Source: Octopus vulgaris (Eukaryota). Taken from it: 64,000 bases of DNA. Below the pieces are notes generated by a model. It was given only the letters and a program-made list of their open reading frames with translations, searched no databases and was not told the origin of the DNA. A program made the position numbers and the translations under genes. Of this stretch, positions 29,061 to 42,163 are shown piece by piece (position 1 is the stretch's first letter; each line of letters opens with the position of its first letter). Location: assembly GCA_951406725.2 (NCBI GenBank), contig OX597814.1, positions 117,924,001 through 117,988,000 of the forward strand. Direction: 5' to 3'.

Positions 29061-30183
29061 TTTTCCACGATAGAGTATTGTAGTTTTGAAAATAAAACTT
29101 TGACTACGTTTAAAACTGCCATATATAATGTGATAAACACATCGATTATCATTATTACAGGTATTCAAAACAATATATTGGTGTTGATGAAATCTTGGTT
29201 TGAAAACGTTTCTTGTTGCCCGGGTGTGAGTTTTATGTTAAGGGTTATTATCGATATAGATCTCAGCCCATTAAAATATTTGCCTTGATCGAACAATTAC
29301 TATTAGATTATTTGGTCTTTGGAATTGGATTTGGGGTCGTCAAAGTATCTATTAGCCTATTTACACTGTGTTGGTTACCGAACGAGGCAAACATTTGGCA
29401 GATCATATACCATTTATGGTCTTTTCAGTTAAAACTCATTATTACGGACTCTGGGAGAATACCTGTAAGGTAGATCTAAAAAATTCATTAGTTACGTTAC
29501 GTTTGTCATAATTATTAAATATACTTGAAGCACAGAAATATTCTTTATAAGAAATATTCTATATTAAGATTCCCTGACGTTATACTATGCCCGTTGTTAT
29601 AAACACAGACGAATTCTGATAATCTGTCTTCATACTACAATGGCAATTAGAAATAGTGGATTCACCGAGTACCTACTTTATGACAGAAGCGACTATGTTC
29701 TTAAATGCACAAGATTATGAAGATCGTTTGGGGGAAATAACAGTAAATGGGAAGCTTAATGTATGAAGGCATACATAACACAGAATTTTTTTTCCATTCA
29801 TATTTGTCTTGTAGCCGCTGCTATTTTCAAAATATGCTGTAGTGACCAAAGGAATCTTATGTGGTAACCGAGTGTTATTTCCTTTATATATTTTGAAATA
29901 CGGTGTATTCTTAAATCTTGAATAACCTTTCTTTTTTCTTTCTCATTTGATGTTTATTACAGTTGTTACAAAATAGTTCTTTAATTTTTCTCGAAGGAAG
30001 AATCACTTTAATATTCTAAACTATATCGCGGGTTGCATTTAGTGTAATATATATTCCCCAAGGTTTAGTAGATGGACAGATAGATATATAGATAGATAGA
30101 TAGAGAGAGAGAGAAAGGGAGAGAGAGAGAGAGAGAGGGTGAGAGAGAGGGAACGAGAGAGACAGAGAGGTAGATGGAGAGAA

Positions 30184-30381
30184 GGCGGCGTGCTGGCAGA
30201 AACGATAGCACGCTACGTTCTGAGTTCAAAATCCGCAGAAGCTAACTTTGCTTTTCCTCCTTTCGCGGTCGATTAAACAAGTACCAGTTACGCACTGGAG
30301 TCGATATAATCGACTTAATCCGTTTGTCTGTCCCTGTTTGTCCTCTCAGTGATTAGCCCCTTGTGGGCAGTAAAGATATAA
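30184..30381 (+). mobile_element. SINE family A with internal deletion
   Basis: ggcggcgtgctggcagaaacgatagcacgc-tacgttctgagttcaaaatccgc...aagtaccagttacgcactgg...ccttgtgggcagtaaagatataag. Confidence 0.85.
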
Positions 30382-30459
30382 GATATATGTATATATATAT
30401 GCGAATATGTATACTCTCTATAGCTTATATCTATGTTTATCGGTATATAAGCACTAGAG

Positions 30460-30460
30460 A

Positions 30461-30506
<46 letters not shown>

Positions 30507-31077
30507 GTAGATAGATAGATATATAGATAGGTATATATATATATAGATAGATAAATAGATAGATAAATTGAATGATTCACAGATACTCAGAACTATATGA
30601 TTAAAAGTATATAAGCATAAAAAATTTATTTTTATAAACATATAAGTATGATCATATGAATAAATAGAAGCCATACAGACACTACTTAGACATACATCGA
30701 TTATACTAAGAAAATTAAATATCAGCGAATTTCATTTGGTGTGTTTGTGAAGAGATTAAGATGAAAAGTCTTTGATCCTGCTATAAGCAGTTAATTTACT
30801 GTTGAAATATAGAAAATACCGACATCAGAATAGTTACGGCTGAAGGCGAGAATACAAAGACTAAACAGCAAACTTTGAGAATTTGGGTTACGTGAGAAGG
30901 ATGAGAAGCTCAGTAATTGATTCCTTTGGCAAAATATTATGTTGTGTAGATCTACACAAAAGGACAGATACGAGTTCGCATAGCAACATATATGTATATG
31001 TACATACATACATGCATACATATATATATCTATCATTTTATATATATAAAGATTTTTATCAACGAGCAGATAAGAGT

Positions 31078-31131
<54 letters not shown>

Positions 31132-31183
31132 GTATGTATATATATATCTATAAATATATATATAAATATATATACATATATTC

Positions 31184-31214
<31 letters not shown>

Positions 31215-31533
31215 CACACACACACACACATATATACATAATGTATACACTCAAAAACACATACATACACACACAGACACACATATATACATCTCAATGT
31301 AGACTATATATACATACCTATAGCTTATGTATCATTGTGTATAAATTTATTCTCATTATTATTATTTTAGCTCTTTACTTCTTTCTTCTTTTTCTTCTTC
31401 TTCACCCTCCATCTTTTCTCCTCCTTCTCCTCCTTCTTCATTTTCTTCTCCTAACTCCATTTCTCTATTTTTCCTTATTATTTTATACATATCTATGTTT
31501 ATCGGTATATAAGCACTAGAGAGTATACATATT

Positions 31534-31579
<46 letters not shown>

Positions 31580-31720
31580 CCACGTACATATCTAAATACA
31601 CTATGCTATTTTGTGTGTAAATATATAGGACGATTTATTCTGTTAGCCGAATGTGAAGAAACCATAATATAAAAGCAATATTCATGTGATTGCCTCCAAA
31701 GAGGAAGCCATTAATATTTT

Positions 31721-31753
<33 letters not shown>

Positions 31754-31767
31754 AATATAAAGATATA

Positions 31768-31801
<34 letters not shown>

Positions 31802-31834
31802 CATATATATGTATATATATATACATACATAAAT

Positions 31835-31865
<31 letters not shown>

Positions 31866-31891
31866 GATAGACAGGTAGATAGAAACACAGA

Positions 31892-31953
<62 letters not shown>

Positions 31954-32129
31954 TTTCTATTTTTTTTCTCTCTTTTTTTCTGTATTTTCTTTATTTGGAT
32001 TAACTATATATATATGCATATATATATATATATATGAATGGAGATATATAAATCTATGTATATACATGTATATATCTACATATATATACATATATACATA
32101 TATACACACATATATATCTATATCTATAT

Positions 32130-32174
<45 letters not shown>

Positions 32175-32517
32175 TATTTTTATATATATATATATATAAA
32201 TATATTTACATACATGTAGTCTTTCTACACGGTAAGTTGATATCTAGGTCGTTAGAAATTAGATGTACATTTCGCATTTCCTCTTTATAGGATCAGATGA
32301 ATAAAGAATCATTCTTTGGAAGGAGCAGAGTTTCAATATGAAGAAAATGAACTACATTTAGAAATTGGAAATAGTCATTCAAGTGACGATTTGCTGAGAA
32401 GTGAATCTTCAATATATTTGTAATTAAAACCAATTCAGTGTACATATTGCTCAATATATTAAACTAATACTTTCCGAGGATGAATAAATAAATGTATACA
32501 CATACATACATACATAC

Positions 32518-32566
<49 letters not shown>

Positions 32567-32586
32567 TGTGTGTGTGCGTGTGTTTG

Positions 32587-32620
<34 letters not shown>

Positions 32621-32925
32621 TTTGTTTGTATATATATATACGAATGTACATATATAGTTTTGTGTGTGAAGCTTAATATCGTATGAACGTTTAACATATA
32701 TACATTTTGACACATTGTACCGTAAAAACTCAACAAAAACATACGTGTGTGCGTGTATATACATACATAAATATCCGTCTGTATGTCTACCTCTCTGTCT
32801 GTATATATATATTATATGTAGAAAAATACAAACTGGGACAAGAACGTAAGACATTTAGAAGACGATACAAAAAACACGAAGCCTTCAATCTTCAATCAAG
32901 AACCGGATCATCCTAGCAATTTCGG

Positions 32926-32960
<35 letters not shown>
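30460..32960. repeat. Microsatellite-rich zone: (TA)n, (GA)n, (GATA)n, (CA)n, (CTT)n
   Basis: Directly visible. Confidence 0.9.
32820..32930 (-). mobile_element. Penelope-like terminal remnant (GAAA half of a hammerhead, cut by (TA)n)
   Basis: Minus strand begins atcagccgaaattg, the same atcagccgaaa as 12200-12210. Confidence 0.35.
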
Positions 32961-32963
<3 letters not shown>

Positions 32964-33489
32964 TCTCTATACACCGTTTTCATCGCTTTCCTCTCACCTT
33001 TTCAGTCACTTCAGCGCCTGCCATATGTTCACCTTACCCAAAACGTTTCCTCTAAATATTACGCTTACACCTACAGGCCGTTCGCACGTCTTATCCCTTA
33101 CCACTAGACTTCCATACGTGCAGACAACTTCATACATACACGTAAAACATAATTCACACACGACATACATATACATAAAATATATACCACACACACACAC
33201 CTCTCCTGGTCAGCAACTGTATATACAAACACAAATTTTTATACTTGCATATTAGAACGCCACACTCTCCTCCCTTCATACCACCACAGAGAAGCGCACG
33301 GTTTTCCCAACCATCACTTCTCCTTCTGCTCTTTTCTCTGCTAAAGATCTTACGTCCGAAGCATCAAGAGTATGCGGAGCCTTAAACTAATACCCCATTA
33401 TCTAAAACTTATCTCTCCCGTGTTCAATTGTTCTCTTCATCACAAACACACACACCCATGCACACACAAATATATTTATGCACACGCAT

Positions 33490-33606
33490 ATCCATCCATC
33501 CATCCATCTATCCATCCATCCATCCATCCATCCATCCATACATACATACATACATACATACATACATACATACATACATACATACATACATGCATACATA
33601 CATACA
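33490..33606. repeat. (CATC)n/(CATA)n tetranucleotide array
   Basis: Directly visible. Confidence 0.95.
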
Positions 33607-34384
33607 TAGAATATATTGAATGGCTTGAGTGTAACACTGACGTTCAGTACAATCTAAGTAGTCGATCTGAATTAGAAATTAGGTGAAATCAGTTTCGTGA
33701 TTTGTTATTGAACCTGGAGAAAGGAAAAATTCAGAGGAGACAAAAAGCTCTATGTGAAAGTGAAACCGCTGTTACCATTTTTGCAAACTGCCCACACAAG
33801 AGGTTAGAAATGTAAACAAGCAAAAAAGAAAAAAAGACTATTAAGATGTGATTAGAGTCCAGATGAATTTATGAGCGTATGAATTGACTGCTGTGAATGA
33901 GTCAGAGACTGTCTTTTTACAAACTATCTGTGTTGAGAACCGCTCATAAAATTTTAATCCATGGCTGTTTTTAATTAATATCGCGGCTTGTTTTGAAACA
34001 ACATATAATTGTTATTTCTCTTTTGTGTGGCCAATATGGACAATTTTACGACAATATTTCAATAATACCACATTAATAAGTTTTATGGCGTCTATTAATG
34101 AAGTAATTTTAGTTTAAGGGTGTGATATTAATTTCTTGACTCTAAAACTCAACTAATTACTTTAAAATTGTATATAGGATTTTTAGAAATATTATCAAAT
34201 ATTATATTTGTCGCGTAATAAATCTGTACTTGCTTTTATTTTGACTTATACATACATACATACATACATACATATGTATATATACAAGCATTTACACACA
34301 CATATACACACGCGCACACACACACATGCGCACCCATACACCCAACCACCCAGACACGCACACACACACATGTCCAGTCTCTAA

Positions 34385-34550
34385 AGCTTTTTTATTCTCT
34401 CTCTTCTTTATTTCTTTGTGATCCATTCTGTTGAAGAACATAGGCTCGAAATGTAAAATACTTTCTTACTTTTTCGAGCGTGAAATTAATACACCTGTTC
34501 GTTGTTTATTCACCTGTCTTCGTCCTATTTCTTTTTGTAAATTCCAACTA
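34385..34550 (+). mobile_element. Penelope-like terminal-repeat remnant with degenerate hammerhead motif
   Basis: ctgttga-a-gaac-atag-gctc-gaaatgta at 34428-34455. Confidence 0.45.
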
Positions 34551-35419
34551 TATATATAATTAAGTTTCAGTTGAATTAGATACATAAATTAAGCCACCTT
34601 GCTTGATCGATCTAATTCGCACACTGAAACAACATCAGGAGAATATCAAACTCTGTGCAGAAGAGTTTGCACTTGATATTTTTGCAGTGTATGCAGATAC
34701 CATGACCCACCTTAGCAAAAAGATCTACTCTTGGTTGTTAAGAAATATGTTCTATATGAAATCGCTTTCCGAACTGCAGATTCCAGGGTGGGTGAATAAA
34801 ATATGAGTAACAAAGATGTTCAGGTGTCAATTCACATGAATTGACACCTTTACATCTCTGTTAAAATAAAATTTTAGTTTTAAGTTTAAAATGTAAGCTG
34901 CCTTGTCTGTAAGCCGACAAAGCACGTTCACTGTTTCTGGCTACCTGGCGTCATCCACAGTAAATACGCAATCATCTCTGGATTTACGTTAGGAATTGAG
35001 TATTGTAGAACCATTGGTTACGGAAGGTAGAATATACTGGAAACTTTAATTATCACAGAGATGTCGGCTCATCCTGCACTACTCCGTGGGTGGGAAAATT
35101 TACAATGACTTACGGGGCAACCCACAAAGCAGAAGCATAACTTCAGGTAATGTGACTCAGTTTCTAGTTATATAGGTGATGTTTAAACATAACTAGACCA
35201 TGTCGATAGAGCATGTTGATAGTACATTTATTCGTATAATTCAGTATAATTTCATTTTACCACATCAATATGACTGTTAACCTGGAAAGTCACATTATTG
35301 CAACGTAAGCATTGCAAGCAGGGGATTGAACCTCCACCATCTTCTAGGAGACGATGAGATCACCAGACTGAATAGTTCTGGACTATTTGTGCCCATCGTA
35401 AGTGGGGAACACTCGTCTA

Positions 35420-35535
35420 CTACAAGATAAGGGTTCGCTCCCTTGATTGCATTATATACCGGGTGCAGATTACCCAGCTGCTACAAGATGATAAGGGTTC
35501 GCTCCCTTGATTGCAATATATACCGCGTGCAGATT
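35420..35535. repeat. Tandem duplication, 61-bp period
   Basis: ctacaagat(gat)aagggttcgctcccttgattgca.tatataccg.gtgcagatt at 35420 and 35481. Confidence 0.9.
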
Positions 35536-36034
35536 GCATCGATAACCAGGTAAAGAAGGCGCTCCATTGGGTTAAAGATGAGAGTAATGTCGAACAGTCA
35601 TATTGATGTAGTGACAAACATTACTTCTCAATATACTTACTACTTTCACTTTTCATGGGGATTTCCTAACTAGCTTCTTCTTACCTTCGCTCGATTCTAT
35701 GAATCGGTTTTAGGTAAGGGTGGAAAATCAACATTAAATATTCATGTTATGCGTTTCTCTCTTTTCACATCTCCTCTATTCATAGCTAATAACCAGCTTG
35801 TTTACATTGCTAGCAGTTCAGTAACTGAATCAATTTATATAAGATTATAAATGTAATTTTCTTTTCTTTAGACGACAAGCCAATGGAGAGGTACAAGTAA
35901 ACAAGTAAATGAGAAGCAACTTCTGTCGATATACGCATGTGTGTTTGTGTATATATGTATGTATGTATGCGTGTCTGTATTTATGTATGTGTGTTTCTGT
36001 ATTTTGTATGTATGTATATCTATATATTAAAATC

Positions 36035-36180
36035 GATCACATCGGCGCTGTAACATAGAGACCGATATAATAATTACTAGACTAAAAGAAAGACCTAGGG
36101 TCGGTTTGTTCAAATAGAAACCTTCAGGGATCTGCCCAACATGGCTACAGTCACAGGATTGAAACGAGTTAATAATAAAA
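36035..36180 (+). mobile_element. SINE family B, degenerate 3' part
   Basis: gagaccgata...gggtcg...ccaacatggctacagtc...gattgaaacgagt. Confidence 0.5.
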
Positions 36181-36289
36181 GATATATATATATATATATG
36201 CGAGTGTGTATGTATGCTTGTTTGTGTGCATGTATGTGTGAATATATGTATACATGCATCTGCATGTATATATATGTTTGTATGAGAGG

Positions 36290-37054
36290 GGGGGAAATAG
36301 AGCTATGAAGGTTTTTGAACAAACTCAAGCAACCCCTCCAATCGAACATGATTTGATTTTTCTCGGGCGAGAAAAATTTCTACCAGAATCAGACGGTGAC
36401 CACATAGACCAAGCGTTGGCTTGCCACATCCCCAAAACATGTACCGAGAGTGATGAAAATCAAACATCCAGTCAACAACATATCGATTGGAGTGATCACT
36501 CGAGATGGCGACGTTATACCTCCATTCATCTTACCACAAGGCCTGACATCCAGCAAGGGTTTGAAGGAGGTAGTGCTGCCCAGAATTAAAAGATTGGCTG
36601 CTGGAAAACTATATGTCTGGCAACAGGACTGTGCACCATGCCACACAAGCAGGAGAACCCAGTGATGGCTGTCATAAAATTTCTGCGATCACATAATCCA
36701 TAACATCCAGTCACCTAACTCTCCGACCGCAACCCCATTGATTATTATGCGTGGGTTGCAGTTAAGCGAGAGACCAATATAACTCCTTCTAAGACCAAAG
36801 ATTAATTACAGGTAAGGATTATGGCAGCATTCACCAACTTAAACAAGGAAACAATCTAGAAGAGTTGCATGAGATTCCGAATATGTCTGATGGCCGTGGT
36901 TGAAAATAATTGCAATTTTATTGAATAAATTTACTCTTTATAGTATTTCAAGATATTTTAATACAATTTTGGTAAATATATCTGTCAAATTGAGATGTCA
37001 GTGTTGCTTTCATTTTTGAGTAAGTTGAACAATAATTTATCACCAAACCCTGTA
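36290..37054 (+). mobile_element. Tc1/mariner transposon remnant, DD37D (maT-type) catalytic domain + right TIR
   Basis: FSGEKNF (first D mutated), YVWQQDCAPCHTS, SPNSPDRNPIDYYAW with 37 residues between the last two D after restoring one deleted base; ends caccaaaccctg-TA; stops and frameshifts. Confidence 0.9.
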
Positions 37055-37436
37055 TATAATCAGTGTGCGTGTGTGTGTGTGTGTGTGTATGGTGTGTGTG
37101 TTTATGTGTGTATATATGTGTGAGCGCGTGTCTCTGTGTGTTTGTAAATATACATAAGTAAAGGTCCTTCCCGATTAATATAGAATATATTAATATAGTA
37201 TGTTCTCTGGATGGGATGTCGTCCGTCATAGAAGTACTGGGATTTCTCCCTGCTGAACGAACTGGAGTAAGTGGAAAGAAGAGTTTGGTGAAGAATACAA
37301 GGATTTGCCCGGTGCAGTATTCAAAATGAAAAACCTTACGAAGATCATGGGTGCTACACACTCACATCTAGTCACGCGCTTTCATGATATACTTGTCTGT
37401 GTTTGTTTGTGTGATGTGTGTGTGTGTACATATATC

Positions 37437-37670
37437 TTTTATCTTTTACTTGCTTCATTCTCTAGACTAGAGCACTGCTGGAGACCCCTTGTAACACTTT
37501 GAGTCGTATGAATCGATCCCTGTTCTTGTTTATTTGTTTATTTATTTATTTATTCATACCTAAGCCTGATTCGAATTTTACCGGACTCTTTGCCGAAACG
37601 CTAGTTTACGAGACGTGATCACACCAAAACCAGTTGTGAAGAGATACGGGGGACATACGCAGACACAATA
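37437..37670 (-). mobile_element. SINE family B, 3' part
   Basis: cttttacttgcttca...ctctttgccgaaacgctag...cacaccaaaaccagttgt. Confidence 0.65.
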
Positions 37671-39481
37671 ACACACACACACACACACATTCATCATTAC
37701 TGAGTATTGTGTTTCCTGTTCATAATTTAAAATATCAGTAGGGAAAAGAAAATGGAATTATGTTATACTAAAATTGAACCTCTTTAGTATTTTACTATGT
37801 CTGTATTTGGGAGTTCTGCAAATACAACTGCCTGCTGTAGGTTATGCGTACATATAATTTCATAACATGTCTAAATGTTGAATGTATATTCTTAGAGGAT
37901 AATTTATCCGCTCCGGGAAAATGAACAGAAAACTCATAAGCAATGTTTCCCTGCATCATTTAAAAAGCAATAACCTATATTTACAAATTGCAGTGACAAA
38001 GATTTAAGTGCTTTTCTGAAGGACATATTAAATGGTTTGAATGCGACACAACTGCATCTTCTAATGGGTTATAGCTTCGTACTGAAATATTTCATTTTAC
38101 TGAATATATCTTTCGTACTGAAAATATATCTTTTAGAGAAATCGCAATATATTTATGTTCACTAAATCATACAATGAAGCAAATAATCATGAGATTAAAA
38201 GCTGCACAATTCCCGCATATATTTCTTAAAATATTAACCAGTAAAATAGGAGAAAATATCTAGTGATGTAAACTATGTTTCAATAAAATTTGTTTGATTC
38301 GTCCGGAGTTTTTATCATAGGAATGCTTGACTTGACATTGGAAAGGTTAATCAAACAACTAAAAGTTGATCATTGAATTTAAATATATTTATGGTAGTAG
38401 AGATAGGAATACTTTGTTTCTCGAAAGACAACTTTTTTTTTTCTTTCATCAGCTTGTGATTATCGGAATTTCTCTCTCTGTTTGTGTATGCACTATCGAT
38501 TGGAGGTCCTCCTATGCGTTTACTCACAATGCCCACTTCATCTAGACTAGATAAAAATAAAACCGGAATTATTGGCATAGTATGTTGATAATCTATATTG
38601 GTTGTACCTGTCTAATGCTGTACAAATAGCTGAACTACTTTGGCCAGGCAAACACGAATACATACATACATACATACATATATTACATATATATGTGTGT
38701 ATATGTGCGTGCGTATGGCATATGAGTCACTGATGGTTGCTTTCTCATAATACGATTTGACCTTACAAGAGTATATTTAAATTACGATTGTTGTCATGGT
38801 AACCATTTCATAGATTGATATTTCCTTTCATTGTTGTCTTCTCTAATGACTTGTCCTTTATAAATGCATTAATATTGTTCCTATTGTTACAGTGCGACGC
38901 TTTAATGATATTTTCTAGTCTGTGCAGAGGAGAGTACAAATATTGAGCTAACATCTAATAACTGCTAATAAATACCTTACAACGCTGTTCAACCATTAAA
39001 GTTGTATGAAAGATAATTTTAGACCCATTTAGATAAATAGGAGAGATGTTAGAAACTAAACATTAAATTATATAAATTGTGAACCGAACGTGTTATAAAC
39101 AAAAAGGTTTCCAGTTTATTTGGAAACCATCCAAACATTTCAATATATATTCATTTTGCGCAGTGAGATTTCTTGTTTCTGTATCAAAAAGCTATATAAA
39201 GACCAGCATTGCAGGGTTGTTTGAAAGTGGTCTAAGATCGCTAGGAACACATGTGTCTGAATTTTTTGATTACAACTTCTTAAGTTATCTTTGAGTAGTT
39301 CCATCATATTACTTTCATCTTAATGGATTTCTCAATCAAGTATTTTTTTTTTTAAATTTAATTGTATTTCCTTGATAGCTGTTGATGTTATTACTGTGTT
39401 TTTCCCACTTCTTCTTTTATATACATATATATATATATATAATGAAATGAATAATATATATATTATCTTTTATATATAATG

Positions 39482-39549
39482 AAATGAATAATAACATACG
39501 ATGGATAATTGTCAGCTGACGATTATCCATCGTCTGTCATTATTCATTT
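39482..39549. repeat. 68-bp loopless palindrome
   Basis: Arms 39482-39515 and 39516-39549, 31/34 complementary, centred on CAG|CTG. Confidence 0.95.
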
Positions 39550-39812
39550 ACAACTTGCCGGACACCCCGGAGTATACCAACAACGTACTAAAAGTAGCGC
39601 ATAATTTGGACCAGCGTTTAGGTGCTAAATACTCATTGAGTTGGTTTATTCTGGGTACTTAACCGAAATATCCTATCTGACATTTCGAGTCCCACCAATC
39701 ATAGGCCAGAACTACAGACATTAAACAGCACTACCTGGTGCATTCCTTTTCAATAACCTGCTATTATCGCGCTTCTTACCTTAGCTCTTTTTTTTATTCC
39801 TTTTTATTTCTT

Positions 39813-40243
39813 TTACACTTTTACTTGCTTCAGTCATTTGACTACGGCCATGCTGGAACATAGTCTTTTTACTCGAGCAAATCGACCCCAGGTCTTATTC
39901 TTTGTAAGCCTAGTAATGATTCTATCGGTCACTTTTTGCTGAACCGCTACGTTACGGGGACGTAAACACACCAGCATCAGTTGTCAAGCGATGTTGGAAT
40001 GACATGCACAGACGCACAAACACACACACACACACACACACAGAGATACACATACACACACACACAAATATATATATATATATATATATACGTATATACG
40101 ACGGGATTCTTTTAGTTTCCGTCTACCAAATCCATTCACAAGGCTTTGGTCGGCCCGAGGCTATAGTAGAAGGCACTTTCCCAAGATGCTACGCAGTAGT
40201 ACTGAAACCGGAACCATGTCGATAGTAAGCAAGCTACTTACCA
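39813..40243 (-). mobile_element. SINE family B, full length
   Basis: Reverse complement of 47453-47878, including the internal TA/CA microsatellite. Confidence 0.9.
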
Positions 40244-40270
40244 CACACACACACACACACACACATACAA

Positions 40271-40304
<34 letters not shown>

Positions 40305-40324
40305 CTATATATATATAAATATAC

Positions 40325-40918
40325 ATATAATAGTGTACATTTACACACAAGAGAAATTGCCTTCAGTAGACAGTTTTACACGCTAAAAGTAGTCGAAGCG
40401 ACCATAACCCCATTTAAGGGCAATTTCTAAAAGGAATGAAAAATAAAAACTTCTATCTTGTTAATTTATTCCGGTCAAACCTAGTTTTCATAGATTTTTA
40501 GCAAATAAAACAATTTGCTAATCGAATTTTTTAGCAATTTTTAGAAGATTAGTTCGGCATTTATTCATTTATGTGCGGTCAATTTGAAAAATTATAATGT
40601 AGAAACATGAGACACGTGTTATTTGTCTCTTAATTATATATTAGTGTTATGGCGCGGTCACAGATGAGAGTTTCACCTAGCAAATTTTACTTTTATTTTT
40701 CATTTTATCTAGTTTATTCTCACGAGCTGCGGCCATGCTGGAAAATTTAAAACCTAGGTTTCACCGGAATAAGTTAGCAAGATAAAAGTTTTTATTTTTC
40801 AATCCTTATAGAAATTGCTCTTAAATGTAGTTTTGGTCATTTTAACTACTTCTTCTAGCGTGTAAAACCGCTTGTTGAAGGCGGTCTCAATTGTGTTTAA
40901 ATGTACCTTATTTTATAT
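40325..40918. mobile_element. Fold-back/MITE-like element: ~170-bp imperfect inverted arms, ~250-bp spacer
   Basis: Left arm tataatagtgtacatttacacacaa...ttattccggtcaaacctag pairs with right arm ctaggtttcaccggaataa...ttgtgtttaaatgtaccttattttata; homologous to 57540-57980. Confidence 0.85.
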
Positions 40919-42124
40919 TGAGAATATTTTGTCTATTGACTTTTTCTACATGATAGGCCACTGTAGTGAAATTTCTAAACAAACTCGCTACCTTATATTT
41001 TACATATATATATATATATGTGTGTATGTGTGTATGTGTGTGTGTTTGTGTATGTATGTGTGAGCCTGCATACAACGCACACACATACACACACATATAT
41101 ATATATATGCATACATACTGTATATATTTATATATATATATTATATATATATATATATTATTTGTGTATGTGTTTATGTATGTGTATATATATATATATA
41201 TATGTATGTATATATATACATATATATGCACACGAAACCAACACCAGGAACCTTATCCCAGTTCTAATTGTGGGGACCCAGGAACAAACAAACAAAACAT
41301 GCTGACATCTATCAAAACAAGTAGGCAATCTAAGCAACTTGATGAATCTGATCGTGACTAACCAGTAAGTACGCTATTATCAGACACTCCGATGCCTGAC
41401 ATTCGACACTACAAAGAAAATCCTCACGTCGGTGTAAATACTAACGGTCGAATCTCAAAGAAGAACTGTTGAAACGATTCAATAGTCACAAAGAAAATTT
41501 TACTAAACTCAGAATTACAAAACTGTCAATAAAAACAAGCGCTGGCATTCATTGCTTCAATAGTTATAAGAGGTGAATGATATATGTAATTACGTTCATG
41601 TGTTAATTGTAATTGAATATTTGTTTCGTGTTTATCATCTGCATTTATATCGAATATGAATGTGGCTCTAATGATGATCATAATGAGCATGGCACCAATG
41701 ATTATAATTGTGGTGATCGATAGCTTCTGGCTAGTTTGTATGAACAAATGCCATATAAATAGAGGTTAATAACATAGAATGTGTAAGAAATTTATAGCTT
41801 TGTTTACAATTTTATATATGGAGCTTATTGTCTATAGATAAATAACACTTATCATAATAAGTTTTCTGGTACGCTGATGCAACATCATAATTATATATTT
41901 TAATAGTTATTCCGATTCTTTAAGAAAAAAATGATGTTGCGTTAATATGACGAAAACTGTTGAATTATTAGAAAAGGAAATACATACAACGGAAGGAAGA
42001 TTTGCAAACAACTAATAATAATAATAATAATAATAATAATGATAATAATAATAATAATATATGCATTTAATTGCATAAGCGCATACAAACACTCACAAGC
42101 ATACACAGACATCCACGCCTCCCC

Positions 42125-42163
<39 letters not shown>

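Noticed and set aside
33670-33735. Strong minus-strand acceptor tttttcctttctccag|GTTCAA
   Set aside because: The regenerated donor is poor, all frames close, and there is no clear downstream donor.
35872-35904. Plus-strand microexon candidate after ttttcttttctttag
   Set aside because: Three weak competing donors and no partner exon.
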